DNA from: the human T2T-CHM13v2.0 reference genome, Homo sapiens | Reading direction: 5' to 3' (one strand) | Length of the DNA: 64,000 nt | Assembly: GCF_009914755.1 (NCBI RefSeq) | Contig: NC_060926.1 | Position numbers and translations under genes: made by a program | Part shown: positions 41,375 through 64,000 of the stretch, one piece after another | Layout: each line of letters begins with the position of its first letter | Numbering within the stretch: position 1 is the stretch's first letter | Notes under the pieces: model-generated | What the model was told of the DNA's origin: nothing | The model's input: only the letters and a program-made list of their open reading frames with translations | Database searches by the model: none

Positions 41375-41800
41375 TACTCTTGCTTGTGTAGATCCCCTCT
41401 CTACCTTGCTGTATCACCTAGAGACTGACTTTTGGACTATACCATTGAGCAACGTTTCCCTCTAGTTTCTTTCTGGATTAGATCAATGGCAGGCACCAAT
41501 GGGACATTAGAGGATAAAGCAGAGTGAGGTGAGGATTTGTTCAGTTGAGTCCCAACTTTCCAGATCATGAGGGCTGGCAGCCCCCACCACTACTGGGCAG
41601 CTAACAGCTATAGCTGTTGGTCTCTTTGGGTCCTGGTAGCTGTTCCTCCCCTTTGCCCTCAGGCCTAGGGCTGGTGGGCTCCCTTTTTAATGACCTCAGG
41701 GCACTCCCTGTCTCTTGTTGGTTCATCTTAGCTCTAGCCATACCATTGCAAACCTGTCTTTTATTAAAGTCTCCCCTCTATTTCCTAATAGTTCCCTGAC
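41375..41800 (+). mobile_element. ERVL LTR (LTR33-like) fragment
   Basis: tcaatggcaggcacc...ttctcccctttgccctcaggcctaggg...attaaa...ccctgact; recalled similarity only. Confidence 0.45.
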
Positions 41801-41944
41801 TGGTGTAGTGCTGGTCATAGCACTATACATTGCAGTAGAAGAGGGTGATCTGGAGCTCCCCACGCATATCTCTTACGAGTCACTCACCCTAGAAAAGCCA
41901 AAATCAAGTTCTTGCCTTAGTTTTCTCTTTCAATTTTGCTAAAT

Positions 41945-42525
41945 TAATACCAGCGGGGGTTTCCCGAACACAGGTGTCACCTCGACCCCAGCCAGTGTCC
42001 AGGCTGTTTATACCATCACCAGAAGGAATTCAAGGATGAGTCAGAAAATAGTGAAAGTATGGAGATTTATTACAAAGTGAAAAATACACACTTGAGAAAG
42101 GGGAGAGCAGGCATACTCAAGAGTTGTGCACGAGGGATTTGAGGCTGCTACCTTTATGGGTTTCTCTAACCATGGGGTGGAATATTCATGAAAACTCCTG
42201 GAAAAAGGTGAAGATTTGTATGAACTGTGGGGCCACCCATTTTTACACCAAATATGGGTGTTCCTGGAACTGTCATGGTGCTGTTGAGTATGTGATTGAG
42301 TATGTTAACGAGCATAAAATGAGGTCCTAAGTGAAACCTAGGTCAAATCCAGCACCATGTTGGGTCCAGTCAGTCTTAGCCAGCTTGGTTCACACCCTGT
42401 TTTTCAGGGATTTATCAGTCCCTAGATTCTGTGTCTATTTCAACAGTTTCCTTTTGCTAGTCATGTGAAACTGCTGCCTGGAATTTTCTGTTCTCCTGCA
42501 ACCACTCTGTATTATTCCACTCTCA
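41945..42525 (-). mobile_element. ERV1-class solo LTR (LTR26-like)
   Basis: aaggaattcaaggatgagtcag...agatttatt (AATAAA on the - strand); ends ...ctctca; 4-bp TSD AAAT (41941-41944, 42526-42529). Confidence 0.65.
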
Positions 42526-42999
42526 AAATCATTTTTTCTTTTTAGAAATATTAGCTTTGGGAGGTTATTTTTTCAAACATTTTCTTGTCTTCTTTCCAGT
42601 CAGTGAAAAACAAAATGGCAAATTCTGGCAGTTTCTCCCATTTCTGGTATGTCATTATCCATCGTGGTGGGAAGAAACTTTTAATCCATAAGGGAACCTT
42701 TAGTTTGTTCCTCTACGATGTCTACCTCCCACAACCAGTGTGCTTCCATCACAGTGAGGGGTATTCGCATGATTTTTTTTCAGCATTTTATCTACTCCCT
42801 TTCTTCATGGTGCCACTTTTAAAGGGTGGAGTTGGAACCATTTTCCATCATATGTGTATGAGATTGTGCTCCTTCCTTAATTTGAAAACAGCCTTGGATT
42901 TTATCTATCACATCTATTTGTATACCTATATAACTTATTGTTGCTTACTTCATAAGGTTTAATGATATATCTCTCTCTATATATTCCCTAGAAAACCAT

Positions 43000-43019
43000 T
43001 GTGTGTATGTTTGTGTGTG

Positions 43020-43057
<38 letters not shown>
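43000..43057 (+). repeat. (TG)n microsatellite
   Basis: Directly visible. Confidence 0.95.
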
Positions 43058-43059
<2 letters not shown>

Positions 43060-44234
43060 GAGAAGATAACTATGGGAAGATTAATATGTTGGAAGGATTA
43101 GTGGCCAGAAAGAATGGGATCAGAGAGACCAATTAAGAGGTAGTAAAAGTACAAAGGAAGACATGAATGGAGTGAAGGTCTTAAAGTGCTACTGGAGAAA
43201 AGGAAGGAAGAGTAGGAGGGGATGATGGTGACATTTGGAGGTTGGATGACTGGCAATTCAGGAGCAGGGACTGGCTTAGGAGGCAGATAAGATGTTTATT
43301 ATTATATATGTTGATTTTGAGGTACTGATAAAATATTTAGATATATCCAGCAAGTGGTTAGAAATATTAATTACAAGTTTAGGAGAAAATTGGAAATTAG
43401 AGAGACTTGGCTACCATTCACTTTGAACTATCACAAAGACCAGATCATCAAATTAGACTCACAAATTAGAGCTCTTACTCAGTATCAAACTTCACTAATA
43501 ATGTCAAGTCTAAAGAAATTAAGAAGTTTGGTAAAGCAGGAATGGTCTGAAGATAATTCATTGTCCCCATAGCTCCTCCTTTCCCACATTCAATATGGTC
43601 CTTGACCCAAAACAAATGATGAGGTCTCTATATGCAATTTTCAGTCACCTCACTAGGTGGGGAATATTTAGGTTATGAAACATTTCCTTTTTTCCCCTTT
43701 AAACACAGATCATTATAGGGATTTTGTGACTTTTTAAAAAGCAGTCATGAGTCATGAATCCATAGATTCTAGTTTTATTTTACATAAGTAATCCTGAATA
43801 GGGATATTTTGCTAAGTGGATTATCTGTACACAGATAAAGACTCTTGTCATATCAAACCACTAATCTATTTCAGGAGATGGAGCGACCTACAGGTTTCCA
43901 AGGAGATTTGGCTGAGCTACCTACCTTCTTACCTTAAGAGAATTCCTCTGGTAATGAATAAAAACTGACCACAGACTAGCTGCCTTAACATAATCCTTCC
44001 CTTGCATAAACTCAGTAATTGAAATATTTGGAATGAATAAGAAACTGAGAGGACAGAATCTATAGAGAAAATTAAACTAGCCACTTTACAAATAAAAGGA
44101 GAAATAGGAACCAGGAATGGGAAGGGAAAGAGAAAATTCAGATTATTCCAATTAAGAAAGTGAATTTAGTGTGACTGGGAAGTTTAGCTTTAATTTACTT
44201 TCCAGTATTCTCTTTTTACTTTGTAAAAGAATCA

Positions 44235-45840
44235 GAATGTCAAAATACCAATGTTACTTTTCAAAAAATTAAAAAATACAATCCTAAAGTTTATATGGAA
44301 CCAAAAAAGAGCCCAAACAACCAAAGCAATCCTAAGCAAAAATAACAAAGCTGAAGGCATCATATTATCCAACTTCAAATTATACTGTAACACTATCATA
44401 ACCCAAAAAGCACGATACTGGTATAAAAAAAGACACATAGATCAATGGAACAGAATCCAGAATCCAGAAATAAACCCAGAGAACCCACATATCTACAGCC
44501 AACTGATCTTTGACAAAGTCAACAAAGACATACACTGGGGAAATAACACCCTTTTCAACAAAAGGTACTGGCAAATTGGATTGTGATATGCAGAAGAATT
44601 AAATTGGACCCTTATCTCTCACCATATACAAAAATCAACCCAAGATGGATTAAAGACTTAAATGTAAGATCTGATACTAGAAAAATTCTAGAAGAAAATC
44701 TAGAGAAAACTCTTCTGGACATTGCTCTAGGCAAAAAAATCATGACTAAGACCTCAAAAGCACAGGCCACAAAACTAAAAATAGACAAATGGGACTTAAT
44801 TAAACTAAATGCCTTCTGCACAGCCAAAGAAATAATCAGCAGAGAGAACAGACAGCCTGCAGGATGAGAGAAAATACTTGCAAACTGTAAATTCAACAGA
44901 GGGCTAATATCCAGAATTTACAAAGAACTCAACTCAACAACAACAAAAACAAATAACCCTATTAAAAAGTGGACAAAAGGTATGGATAGATATTTTTCAA
45001 AAGAAGACATAAAAATGGCCAACAAGCATATAAAAAAAATGCTCAACATTTCTAATCATTGGGGTATTGCAAATAAAAGCCACAATGAGACGTCATCTTA
45101 TACCAGTCAGAATGGCTATTATTAAAATGTAAAAAACAAACAGATATTGGTGAGGATGCAGAGAAAAGGAAGCACTTATGTACTGTTACTAGGAATGTAA
45201 ATTAGTACAACCTCTATGGAAAACAGTATGGAGATTTCTCAAAGAACTACAAATAGAACTATCATTTGCTCTAGCAATCCCACTACTGAATATCTACCCA
45301 AAGGAAAAGAAATCACTATTATCGAAGAGATACCTGCACTCATGTTTCTCACAGCACTATTCACAATAGTAAAGATATCGAATCGACCTAAGTATTCATC
45401 AACAGATGGTTGGAGAAAGAAAATGTAGTACATAGAACTACATTTTCTTTGTAGTATGTAGGAATGTGCTGCATAAGAATATTGTTCAGCCATAGAAAAG
45501 AATGTAATCATGTCTTTTGCAGCAACATGTTTGAAACTAGAAGCCATTAACTTAAGTAAAATAATTCAGAAATAGAGAGCCAAATACTGCATGTTCTTAC
45601 TTATAAGTGGGAGCTAAATAATGTGTACACATGGACATACAGTGTGGAATAATAGACACTGGAGACTTGGAAAGATGGGAGGTTGGGAGGGAGATGAGGG
45701 ATAATAAATGACCTAATATGTCCCGTGTGCATTATTTGAGTGATGGTTACACCAAAAGGCCAGATTTCACCACTACACAATATATCCATGTAGCAAAACT
45801 GCACTTGTGTCCCTTAAATTTATACCAAAAAAAGAAATCA
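44235..45840 (+). mobile_element. 5'-truncated L1 (L1PB/L1MA-type): ORF2 C-terminus and 3' UTR
   Basis: ORF track [20 protein letters not shown] and [13 protein letters not shown]...IDKWDLIKL; 3' UTR followed by an A-rich end. Confidence 0.9.
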
Positions 45841-45849
45841 AAATTTTAC

Positions 45850-46235
45850 TTCAGAATAAAATTGTATTTCCCAGACTCCCTTGCTGCTAAGAATGATCAT
45901 GTGACTAAGTGCCTATCAGTAAAACCTAAGAGGAAACTTAAGAAAGTAGAGAACTTGCTTCTCTAAAATGAGAAGTACTTTCTTTCCCTTCCAAAATTCT
46001 GCTGTTTAAAATGCGATGTAATGGCTGAAGCTCCAGGAGCCATATTTGATAATAAAACTCAGTCTTGCATTGTAGGCATGGTGGTCCAGAGAGCAGAAAA
46101 GATAATGGGCCCATGGTAACCTGTGGTGTCCATGCCAACACTGGACTGATTATCTCCCCTTCTCCTAGTGAGATACCAATAAGCTTCCACCTGGTTTAAG
46201 TCACTGTCTATGGAATTCTGTTCCTAGTTGCTACC
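45850..46235 (+). mobile_element. Old MLT1 (I/J/K-like) LTR fragment
   Basis: tatttcccagactcccttgc...atggctgaagctccaggagccat...gtttaagtcactg. Confidence 0.55.
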
Positions 46236-47568
46236 CTAGGAAAAGTACCCTTAACTGGACACCCAGAATAACTCAGTATCAGTTAGCTCTGACTATGTTT
46301 TGTCTTCCACATAATCACCATCTTTTCAACAAAGATTGCATTGTCAAACTACATGGATGGGATATCAATATTCTCCAGCATATTAGGACCTTAATAAAAA
46401 TAGAATCTAAACATTTTCAGTTTACCACACTTGTGAGGACTTTTTTTTTTTAACATGATCTTAAGGTGCATTCTCTTTATCATAGGCAAGTTTTTCTTTT
46501 TGAGGATAAGATCTACCTAAATGTTCATTTTGACTATTGCGATATGGGATATAACAATATATTACACTATTAATTCGAGTTAATCCAGTGTCTCTGTGCA
46601 CTCTATTAAGTACTTTACAAGCATAATTTTATTTAATCCTTATAACCTTGTGACTGGGTGGTACTAGTGTTCCTGACAGTCACTTGTCCAGTAAGTGGTT
46701 AGCCTACAGTTCAGAAGCAGGATGTTTTGGTTTCAGAACATGAGGTCACTAGGCTACACTATTTTTTAGCTTCTAGGGTCTCTTTTATTTTTGCACTTAA
46801 AGAGATGAAACCAAGGATTGGAAAGAATACCTCTAAATGACACTGAGATGGAACACCTTATATGGTCTTTCCTTTGACCCTTCTATGTCTACTAACGTGC
46901 AGAGAGTGTTTGAGGACAAAGGCTCATTGTAATGAGAATTAACTCTAAGTGCACAATGTTTCTGAGGTTTTGCCCTTTGCCATAAAGTAAAAAGGCAACA
47001 GGTGGGACAGATAAATCCAATGGAGTTGTTAGCTTCCATGCACTGATAATTAGAAAAGACCCCCAAACTGGCCACCAAGATGGGAGTTCTGAGGCTATGG
47101 ATAGTAGAGAAGCAGGTTCCTATGATGCTGTTTCAAAACTGAGCTCTCTGAAATGTCAATACCAGAAAGCTAAAATGAATAGATGATTAGGATTAGGCTT
47201 GGAGAAACTTGGGGTTAAAACAGTTCTCATGAGGCATTAAAATGTAGTCCTATAGCTCTCTGACCTTTTTATTTAAGAAGTGGGCCAACCAAAGTCTTCC
47301 ATGAATTTCAAGGAAGAACAGTTTGAACATCAATAAACAGTAAACACACTAATGAGCACATTTTGCTTTTTAACAGCATTATAAAAATATGGGACAAAGA
47401 AGGTCATCTTCATCTGGACATACACAGAAATATATAGAATCCTTGAATTAGCACAGGCATTAGTGTCATTATTTTTGGAATCTACAAAGAAAAAATATCT
47501 AGAGTCTCAAAATGGCAGTTTGCAAAGGAAAGCATACCTCATTCCAGCTGTTAAGACGTTTAAAATAA

Positions 47569-47860
<292 letters not shown>

Positions 47861-48803
47861 AATCTAAAAGAACTTTTTGACTGCTAGGAAGAGGTTGGGT
47901 CTTCAGATGAAATGTTCTCAGCAGTCAATCAGCGTATCCATGGAGACATATCACCAAACCAAGTAAGTACACCACCCACCTCAGCCTACCCCAGTAGGGT
48001 AGTTAGAGTACAGTGATATTGCATTGCTTAAGTCTTACTTGTCTATAATACAGCAGGAAGTTCTGGCATGATCCTCTTTCCAACTATTGCTGAGGCTTCT
48101 GAAGGTCTAGGTTTCACACATTCCTTTTTGATCTTTGCCCATCAGTTCAGCCAGTCAGCTCACTCTGGCTGTTGCTGAAGTCTGTGGGCTATGCCCCTCC
48201 ACGAGGGGGCTCCCACCACCTGCATGGTGTAGGAGCTTGTCTACCTCTTCCAAAATTCCCCAACATAGGAGAGAGGAGAAAAACCTCCCACCTTCAGTTG
48301 AGGACCAGGCTTCGTGCATTTCCTTTGATCGGATTTCCCCATCTTTTATTCACTCATAATGGTTTACTATGAGTGAATCTCTTATTCACTCACAGCAGTT
48401 TACTATTCTCAAAATCTGAATATGTTCAGTATTTAATGGGTGGGACACCAGTAGCCCATCTCAGATAGACTTGTGCCCATGAAGCCTAATTCCTTCTTTC
48501 ATCCAGTGTGAGGTGAGGAGTAGTTGGCCCTAATTCATGGTCTCTATAATGTGATCTTCACTGAGTAAATACTTGGGCAGAAATATACACATACATCTAC
48601 TAAAAATAAACACTTCTTTTCAAGGATTGCTCACAATCCACATTTGGGGTGTGCCTGTGGTCGGGCAGGGGGTCTTTTCTCACTGCAGGGACACAATCTC
48701 ACTAAAGATATAGCTAATTACATTATGAAAACCACAGTAGTCGTGGTCTCAAGCATCAGCAGTCAGGTAATGAACAATGAGTGAGTATTACATATACATA
48801 TAA

Positions 48804-48805
<2 letters not shown>

Positions 48806-48856
<51 letters not shown>
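48806..48856 (+). repeat. (CA)n microsatellite, ~25 units
   Basis: Uninterrupted CA run. Confidence 0.95.
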
Positions 48857-48859
<3 letters not shown>

Positions 48860-49889
48860 GCTCCAGTTGCCAACCCTACACTGTTATGCTGAAGATACCT
48901 GCCAAGTCCTTCCCTGGGAAACAAGGCATTTTTGGGAAGTGAGGTTATTGTTTAGGGTAAGATGAACTTCTTGTATTACCACTGGATTTCTCCTCATTTG
49001 TTTCTCTACGTCCCTCTTATAAGTGGGGAATTCATAGGAGCTGACAGTGTAAATGGTCTTCTCAGAAAACCCTCCCTGTGGTTTAAAGAAAACCTATCCT
49101 ACCTCACATTCTGGCATGGAGCTGAGAGAAACCTGCACAGCTGTGAAAGGTAGATCAGCATTGCTGAGCTTCCTCCAAAGAATTCTCTCTAAACCATCAG
49201 CCAAGAATCACTTTCTTGGAGAATTCAGCTCTTTGGGGACTGAGAACTCTTTTCCCTTTGCAGTGCCCCAGTGGAAGCATTTTCTTCACGCAGATAACAA
49301 GCCTAGGCATCCTGCTGGCTTGTTTACATACTTAATAGAAATGCTGTTTTGCTCCCCATCTGTGCTTGAGGCTTGGCCAGAAAGGAGTCATCTCTGGGAC
49401 TAAGAGAAGAAATGTCAGAGCATACTGCTTAGCCCAGATACTATGCTTGCAGTTACCCCCTCCAGGGCTCATGGGTGGAACAAAAATGAAACCAGTTTCT
49501 TTTAGTTTATACAACCTTTATTATTTTTCAGATTGAAAATTCAGGAATTTTTTAAAACAGCCAGTGAAGTTGGTATCATTGTTTTCACCCAAAATTATTC
49601 ATGCTACTATGTACCAGTACCATGTAGGTGTTTGGGAATTCAGCAAAGAACAAGACAAAGTTTCAGCCCTCATGGAACTTACAGTCTAGATCAATCAAAC
49701 AAACAAACAAACAAAAAACCAAAAAAGAGTATTTCGTAAACATAATTTCTGATAGTGGTAAGTATTGTGAAAAAAAGGAGAGCCGGGTAAAGGGCCAGGA
49801 GGTGACAATTGAAGGAATGAGGCAGAAAGGAATTGAAGGTAGTTTAGATTGAGAGGTCAGGAATAGCTTGGCTTCTTGAACACGGAGAC

Positions 49890-50525
49890 TGTTTTACCGG
49901 AAAGGGGTCCCGAACCAGACCCGAAGAGAGGGTTCTTGAACTTCACTCAAGAAAGAATTCAGGGTGACTCCCTAGAGCAAAGTGAAAGCAAGTTTATTAA
50001 GAAAGTAAAGGAATAAGGAATGGCTACTCCATAGGCAGAGCAGTGGCATGGGCTTCTCGACTGAGTATACTTATAGTTATTTCTTGATTATATGCTAAAC
50101 GAGGGGTGGTTATTCATGAGGTTTCCAGGAAAAGGGGGTATTTACTGGAACTGAGAATTCCTCTCTTTTTAGACTATAAAGGGGAACTTGCAGACATTGC
50201 CGTGGCATTTGTAAACGGTCATGGCGCTGGTGGGACGTCTTTTAGCATGCTAATACATTATAATTAGTGTGTAATGAACTAAGCAGTGAGGATGACCAGA
50301 GGTCACTTTCATCACCATCTTGGTTTTGGTAGGTTTTGGCTGGTTTCTTTACTGCATCCTGTTTTACCAGCAGGGTCTTTGTGACCTGTATCTTTGGTTG
50401 ACCTCCTATTTCATCTTGTGACTAGGAATGCCTAACCTCTTGGGAATGCAGGCCAGTAGGTCTCAGCCTTATTCTACCCAGCCCCTATTCAAGATGGAGT
50501 GACTCTGGTTCAAATGCCTCTGACA
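49890..50525 (-). mobile_element. MER41B-type solo LTR (636 bp) inserted in an L2 fragment
   Basis: Ends tgttttaccggaaaggggtccc... and ...caagatggagtgactctggttcaaatgcctctgaca; 4-bp TSD aga(c/t); length fits MER41B. Confidence 0.88.
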
Positions 50526-53194
50526 AGATGAAGAAGCCAGCCCTTCAAATATCTGGGAGAACTTTCCGAGCAGTGAACTTGCAAGTCCAGAGTCCCAAGA
50601 CGGGAAGCTTGGAGAGATGAGGAACAGTAAGACGCTAGTGTGGCTGGAGTAAGGAGGGCATGAGCGGAGCTGACATTGGAGAAGAGGCCACACAGCAGAT
50701 CACCCAATCCCTCACAGGTCATGGTAGAGTGTAAATTTTTTTCCTAAATGTGAGTGGAGTTTGATGGAGAGTTTTAAACAAGGAATTGACTTGGCTCTAA
50801 ATTAGGGTTTAAAATTAAGCACTTGGCCCATTGCCATGAAAATTGCTGGGGAAGGCAGGGGAGTGGGCAAAGTTTGGAAGCTGGGAAACCACCTATGACT
50901 GGCTTTAATTTCTGGAAGCCTTCCATTCCATCAAGTTTTTCACTTCAGTTTCTATATTTTTAATTGCTAAGACTCTATTAGTGCTCCAAATATTCAATTT
51001 TTATAGCATTCTTTTCTTGTATCTTAGATGCAATTTTTTCTCTTATCTTTCAGGGGATATTATTGTTACTTTGTGAACTACTCTGTTCTTTGAATTGTCT
51101 CTATTGCTAACAAGTGTGTTGTATTTTATTAATTATTATCATTTTCTAGGCTTAGTGGTTAAGGACATAGACACGAGACAGATTGCCAGCTTAGAATGAC
51201 AGCTTCTCAGCTTACAGTGTGACCTTGGGCAAGTTACTTAATGTCTCCATGCCTCAGTTCCTTCACTTTTTCCATGGATGTAATAATAGTATTTACTTAA
51301 ATGGTGATTGTGAAGATTAAGTGTGTAAATATACATAAAGTACTTAGAATAGTACCTAGCTCACAGTATACGCTTAATAAGGGTTAACCCTTATTTTTTC
51401 TATTTGCTTTGGTCTGTCTTTTATATTAGATGCTTTCCTCAAGTTGCCTGGTAATTCTTGACTCTTCCTTCATATTTAATAATGAGGTACTGATAGGCTG
51501 TCTTGGAGCTCTGGGCATAAAGAGAAGGCTTGTTCACTATGGACATGATACTAGGGTCTGTAGCTGGGCTAGATCTTTTGGGAACAAGATTTATCTTCAA
51601 TTCTTTTCTCTTGGGCTGGTTATGATTCAGAGAAGGATCTCCTAGTGTCCTTTTTGGGCTCTCTACATTCAGGTTGTCAACTTTAAACTCAATCCCCTAT
51701 TTTCTGACGGTACCCCTTCCATCAACTGTGTTTTATGGCCCAAATCTTCAACATCTCTGTTTAATCCTCTTCAAAAAATAGCCTTCTGGTTTTATCTGAA
51801 TAGGTCAGAGCAGATGTCCAGGTCAGTAATGATGGGAAGAGATCTGGAGTCAAAATTTTTTCCAACAGACTTTCTTTTCATCTCCCTGCTTTCAACCTTG
51901 TCTTTACCCTCACTTCCAAAGATGCCAAGTCCTACTAATTCCTGGAACTTCGGAGGGTTCAATGGTTCAAACATGGCTGCTTCTCAGCTTTCCTCACTGA
52001 TTTTGGGGATTTAGCCTTCTTGGACAACTAAGTTCATTTGCTTTCCAGCTTCTAAATTTCATTATCTTATTTCCATTCCTGCTTTCATTTTCTTTGTTAA
52101 AAAAAATCTCTTTGCAGTCATTTTCATGAGGTTTAGGAAACATTAGAGACTCACGGGAGTCTTTAATCTGTCATGTGTAACTGAAGGCTGGAGGTTCAGC
52201 CCCTAATTTTAAAGGTTTGAGGTTTGAGGTCCAGAAAGGCCGCACAGCTGCTTGGAAATAACATGGAGTGGAGATTGGGGTCTTGATTTGTTGCCAAAAA
52301 CTTATCCTGCTACTTCACTCTGCCCCTTAGAAGCCTCAGGAGACCTGATTTGATAACGTTGAGCAGGTTTTCTTCTCAATCTCAATGGCCAAGGGCAAAG
52401 AGTCTACTCTGGTCCCCAGCCTCGGTAAAGCCCCAGAGAGCAGGTAAAGTTGTGATTCTTCATGGTCTTTGAGTCCTCACCTATGGAGCCATGGTCTGTA
52501 CTTGGGGGAGCAACTAGACGTTTTAACTTTCCCTCACAGTGGGCTAATGCCCAAGGGAGGCTCTTCATTCTAATAAGTTCTCATAAAAGGGTAAAATTTT
52601 CCTGTATTTTTGAATAACACGATGGATATTTTCTCTCAGGAAAATGCAACTAGGTTATGGGACAACATGCAGAAGATAAAGCAATGTATTGAAATATAGG
52701 GAGTGAGTTGGGAGGAAATGGCCTCAATGAGAACCTAACTAGGGCCAGGATCAAATGAAGCCAGTTAAGAGGAGAAGAGGAATGTTAGAGCAGGATGGGC
52801 CAGAACAAATTATTTGGAAGGTTTTATCTGCTATAAGCTTTTATAATTTTTGGTTGTGAATATCTTAATTATGAAAGAGAAGACTTTGCAAGAATATGTG
52901 TCAGAAGGCTTAACTCTTCATTTTGTTGCAATTTAGAAGAATATATGACTACAAGACTTGGCATCTTATCTGTTTCTCCTGCCAGCCCAAGTACACCTGT
53001 GTGTGACCCTGGTCAGAGCCATTCCTGATACATGATGAGTTGTAAGGAACCAAATCCCCAGTGGATCTGGACTTCCATTTCAGCAATTGTCACAGAGCCT
53101 CCCTCAAACCCAGGTTACACTCTTGCTACTCAGTCTAGTATTGATGCTCCCACCTAAAAATACCTCAATCGAAACTTTTACGGAACTTTTTTTC

Positions 53195-58590
<5,396 letters not shown>

Positions 58591-58789
58591 CAGAAATTTT
58601 AGGGTTTATAAAGTGAACATATACAAGCTGGAAAACAATGTAGCAATTATTTAATCTAAACTCTTTGTTTTATAGAAAAGAAAGTTTGGCTCTAGGAATT
58701 TGCTGAAGATTGCATAACTAATTGGTAGTAGGATTTTAGAAAAATTGTTTTCCCATTCAGTTAGGGTTGCAGTGTAAGTTCAAAGTTGT

Positions 58790-59460
58790 TACTTCATGCA
58801 TTCACTTAACAAATACTTATTACAGGCCTACTATGTGGCAAGCAGTGCTCTAAACACTAGAAGTCTGGTGGGTGGGAAAATCAGAAAAAGCTTTGGCTTC
58901 TGGAGTTTATATCCTTGTGGGGATAGACAGGGAATAAACAAATGAATATATACTGTAGAAAATGAAGAAAATGAAGGCCAACAGCAATTGGGGATGATGG
59001 TTATTTTAGATTGATGGCTGTTTTAGATTTAGTTTTCTTGAAAGAGGTGGCATGTGAGCAGACACCTCAATAAGGTAAAGGAAAAAGCTGTTGGCATATC
59101 TGGGCAGAAAATTCCAGGTTGAAGAAAAAGTGCAAAGGCCCTGAAATGGGAAAAAGACTGGAGTGTTTAAGGAATAGTGAGAAGGCCGGGGTAGGTGGTG
59201 CAGAGTGAATAGAATGGAGGAAAATTAGTGATAGAAACTGGGGAGCCAGAAGCCAAATTACACAAGACCATGTAGTCCGTGGAAGGACTTTGTATTTTAT
59301 TCTAAGTGTTTGAGAAGACATAGGGGAATTTCGAGTGGAGGAGTAATCAATACGAAGTGCCTTTAACATGTGCATTCCCCCTATCATGTGTAGAATAGAC
59401 TGTGGTTGCAGGGGTGGGACAAGGAGGCCAGTTAGGAAGCGCTAGTCCTGGTGAGATATA
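58790..59460 (-). mobile_element. L2 fragment
   Basis: ttcatgcattcacttaacaaatacttatt...ctactatgtggcaagcagtgctct. Confidence 0.7.
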
Positions 59461-59477
59461 AATGTGTCCTAGGCAAG

Positions 59478-59847
59478 TGTATTAGTCTGTTCTCATACTG
59501 CTAATAAAGATGTACCAAAGACTGGGTAATTTATAAAGGAAGAGGTTTAATGGACTCACAGTTCCACATGGTTGGGGAGGCCTCACAATCATGGTGGAAG
59601 ATGAAGGAAGAGCAAAGGAATGTCTTACATGGCAGCAAGCAAAGAGAGCATGTACAGGGGAACTCCTCTTTATGAAACCATCAGATCTCCTGAGACTTAT
59701 TCACTATTTATAAGAACAGCACCTGAAAGACCCGTCCCACCCCCATGATTCAATTACCTCCCACTGGGTCCCTCCCATGACATGTGGGAATTATAGGAAC
59801 TACAATTCTAGATGAGATTTGGATGGGGACACAGCCAAACCATATCA
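59478..59847 (-). mobile_element. THE1 solo LTR
   Basis: tgtattagtctgttctcatactgctaataaag...ggacacagccaaaccatatca; TSD g(c/t)aag. Confidence 0.9.
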
Positions 59848-60719
59848 GTAAGGTAGTCATATTCAGCTTCACTTAAAAATTGATGCCATAAATGTAGTTA
59901 GGTTTTAATGGAAAGTTCACATTTTTCTAGCAAATCCACAGTCATTAAGATGTTCTTTCCTGCATGTGTGGTGGGCCAGGGGCAGAACACACATGCACAG
60001 GTATGTGCCCATACGTGTTTGACAGCTCAAATGGGACATTGGATCTATTTGGGAGGACTATTTCAATGGGAAAAGTGGATGGATTCAGGCTATATTTTGA
60101 ATTTGAAACTAATAGGACTTTACCAGTATTAAATATAGGAAGACAGAAGAGTTGGGGTGCTTCCAAGGTTTTTCCTGAAAAACGGGGCAAAGAGTGGTAA
60201 CATTTCATGTATTGGGAGTGCTGGGGATAACCAGGCTTTGGGAGAGTAGTAAGATATTCAAAAAGAGTAAGTTTAAGTGTTAAGTTAGAATGAAGGAATT
60301 GAGAAGGTACTCAGATATACCATTCTGGAAATCTTGAGAAAAACGGGGACTGGAAATCGAGCCATCAATGTCTAGACAATATTTAATGCCATTGGATCAC
60401 ATGAGATTGTCTAGAAGGTATGCATAGAAAGAAGAGATGGCCAATGATTAAGTCCTGGAATACTAGCAAACAGAGGCTGTGTGAAAGAAGAGGATGCATT
60501 AAATGTTACCGAGAGGGAAGGAGTTAAGAATTAAACAAATGAGTCCTGTGTACTAACATACACCAGGTTGTTCAGCATACACCAGGTTGTATGCTGGAAG
60601 CGGCACATAAACATTAGTTGTTTCATGTATTCATTTACTTAAATACTTATTTAGAGAGAAAAGGTCCTTTCCTTTCCCACATGGAACTTAGTCTTTCATG
60701 GTGGAAGGTATGCCACAGC

Positions 60720-64000
<3,281 letters not shown>

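Overview
Mammalian (human-type) genomic DNA, rich in interspersed repeats, containing one complete protein-coding gene: the class A GPCR PROKR1 (prokineticin receptor 1) on the + strand. It has a CpG-island promoter region (~21.35-22.3 kb) and two coding exons (24154-24638 and 33213-33909; 1182 nt = 393 aa + stop) split inside the DRY motif by an 8.6 kb intron. About 17 kb upstream, on the same strand, is a degraded, intronless retrocopy of TMCC1 (~5390-6485) truncated at both ends. The rest is mostly transposon-derived: Alu/FLAM, L1 (including an L1PA2/3 with a full 5' end and a ~2.3 kb internal deletion nested in an older L1), L2/MIR, solo LTRs (MER11, MER41B, THE1, MST, MLT1), a near full-length HSMAR2 mariner, Tigger and hAT MITEs, and microsatellites. 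I see no clearly new biological system. The best lead is that the TMCC1 retrocopy, a 208-nt exon-like segment that carries a 52-bp copy of the retrocopy's 3' junction, and the PROKR1 exon acceptor have compatible splice signals. This suggests a retrocopy-derived leader with a 155-codon ORF spliced onto PROKR1. Repeat subfamily calls and protein identities come from recalled consensus sequences, not from a search; many boundaries are approximate.
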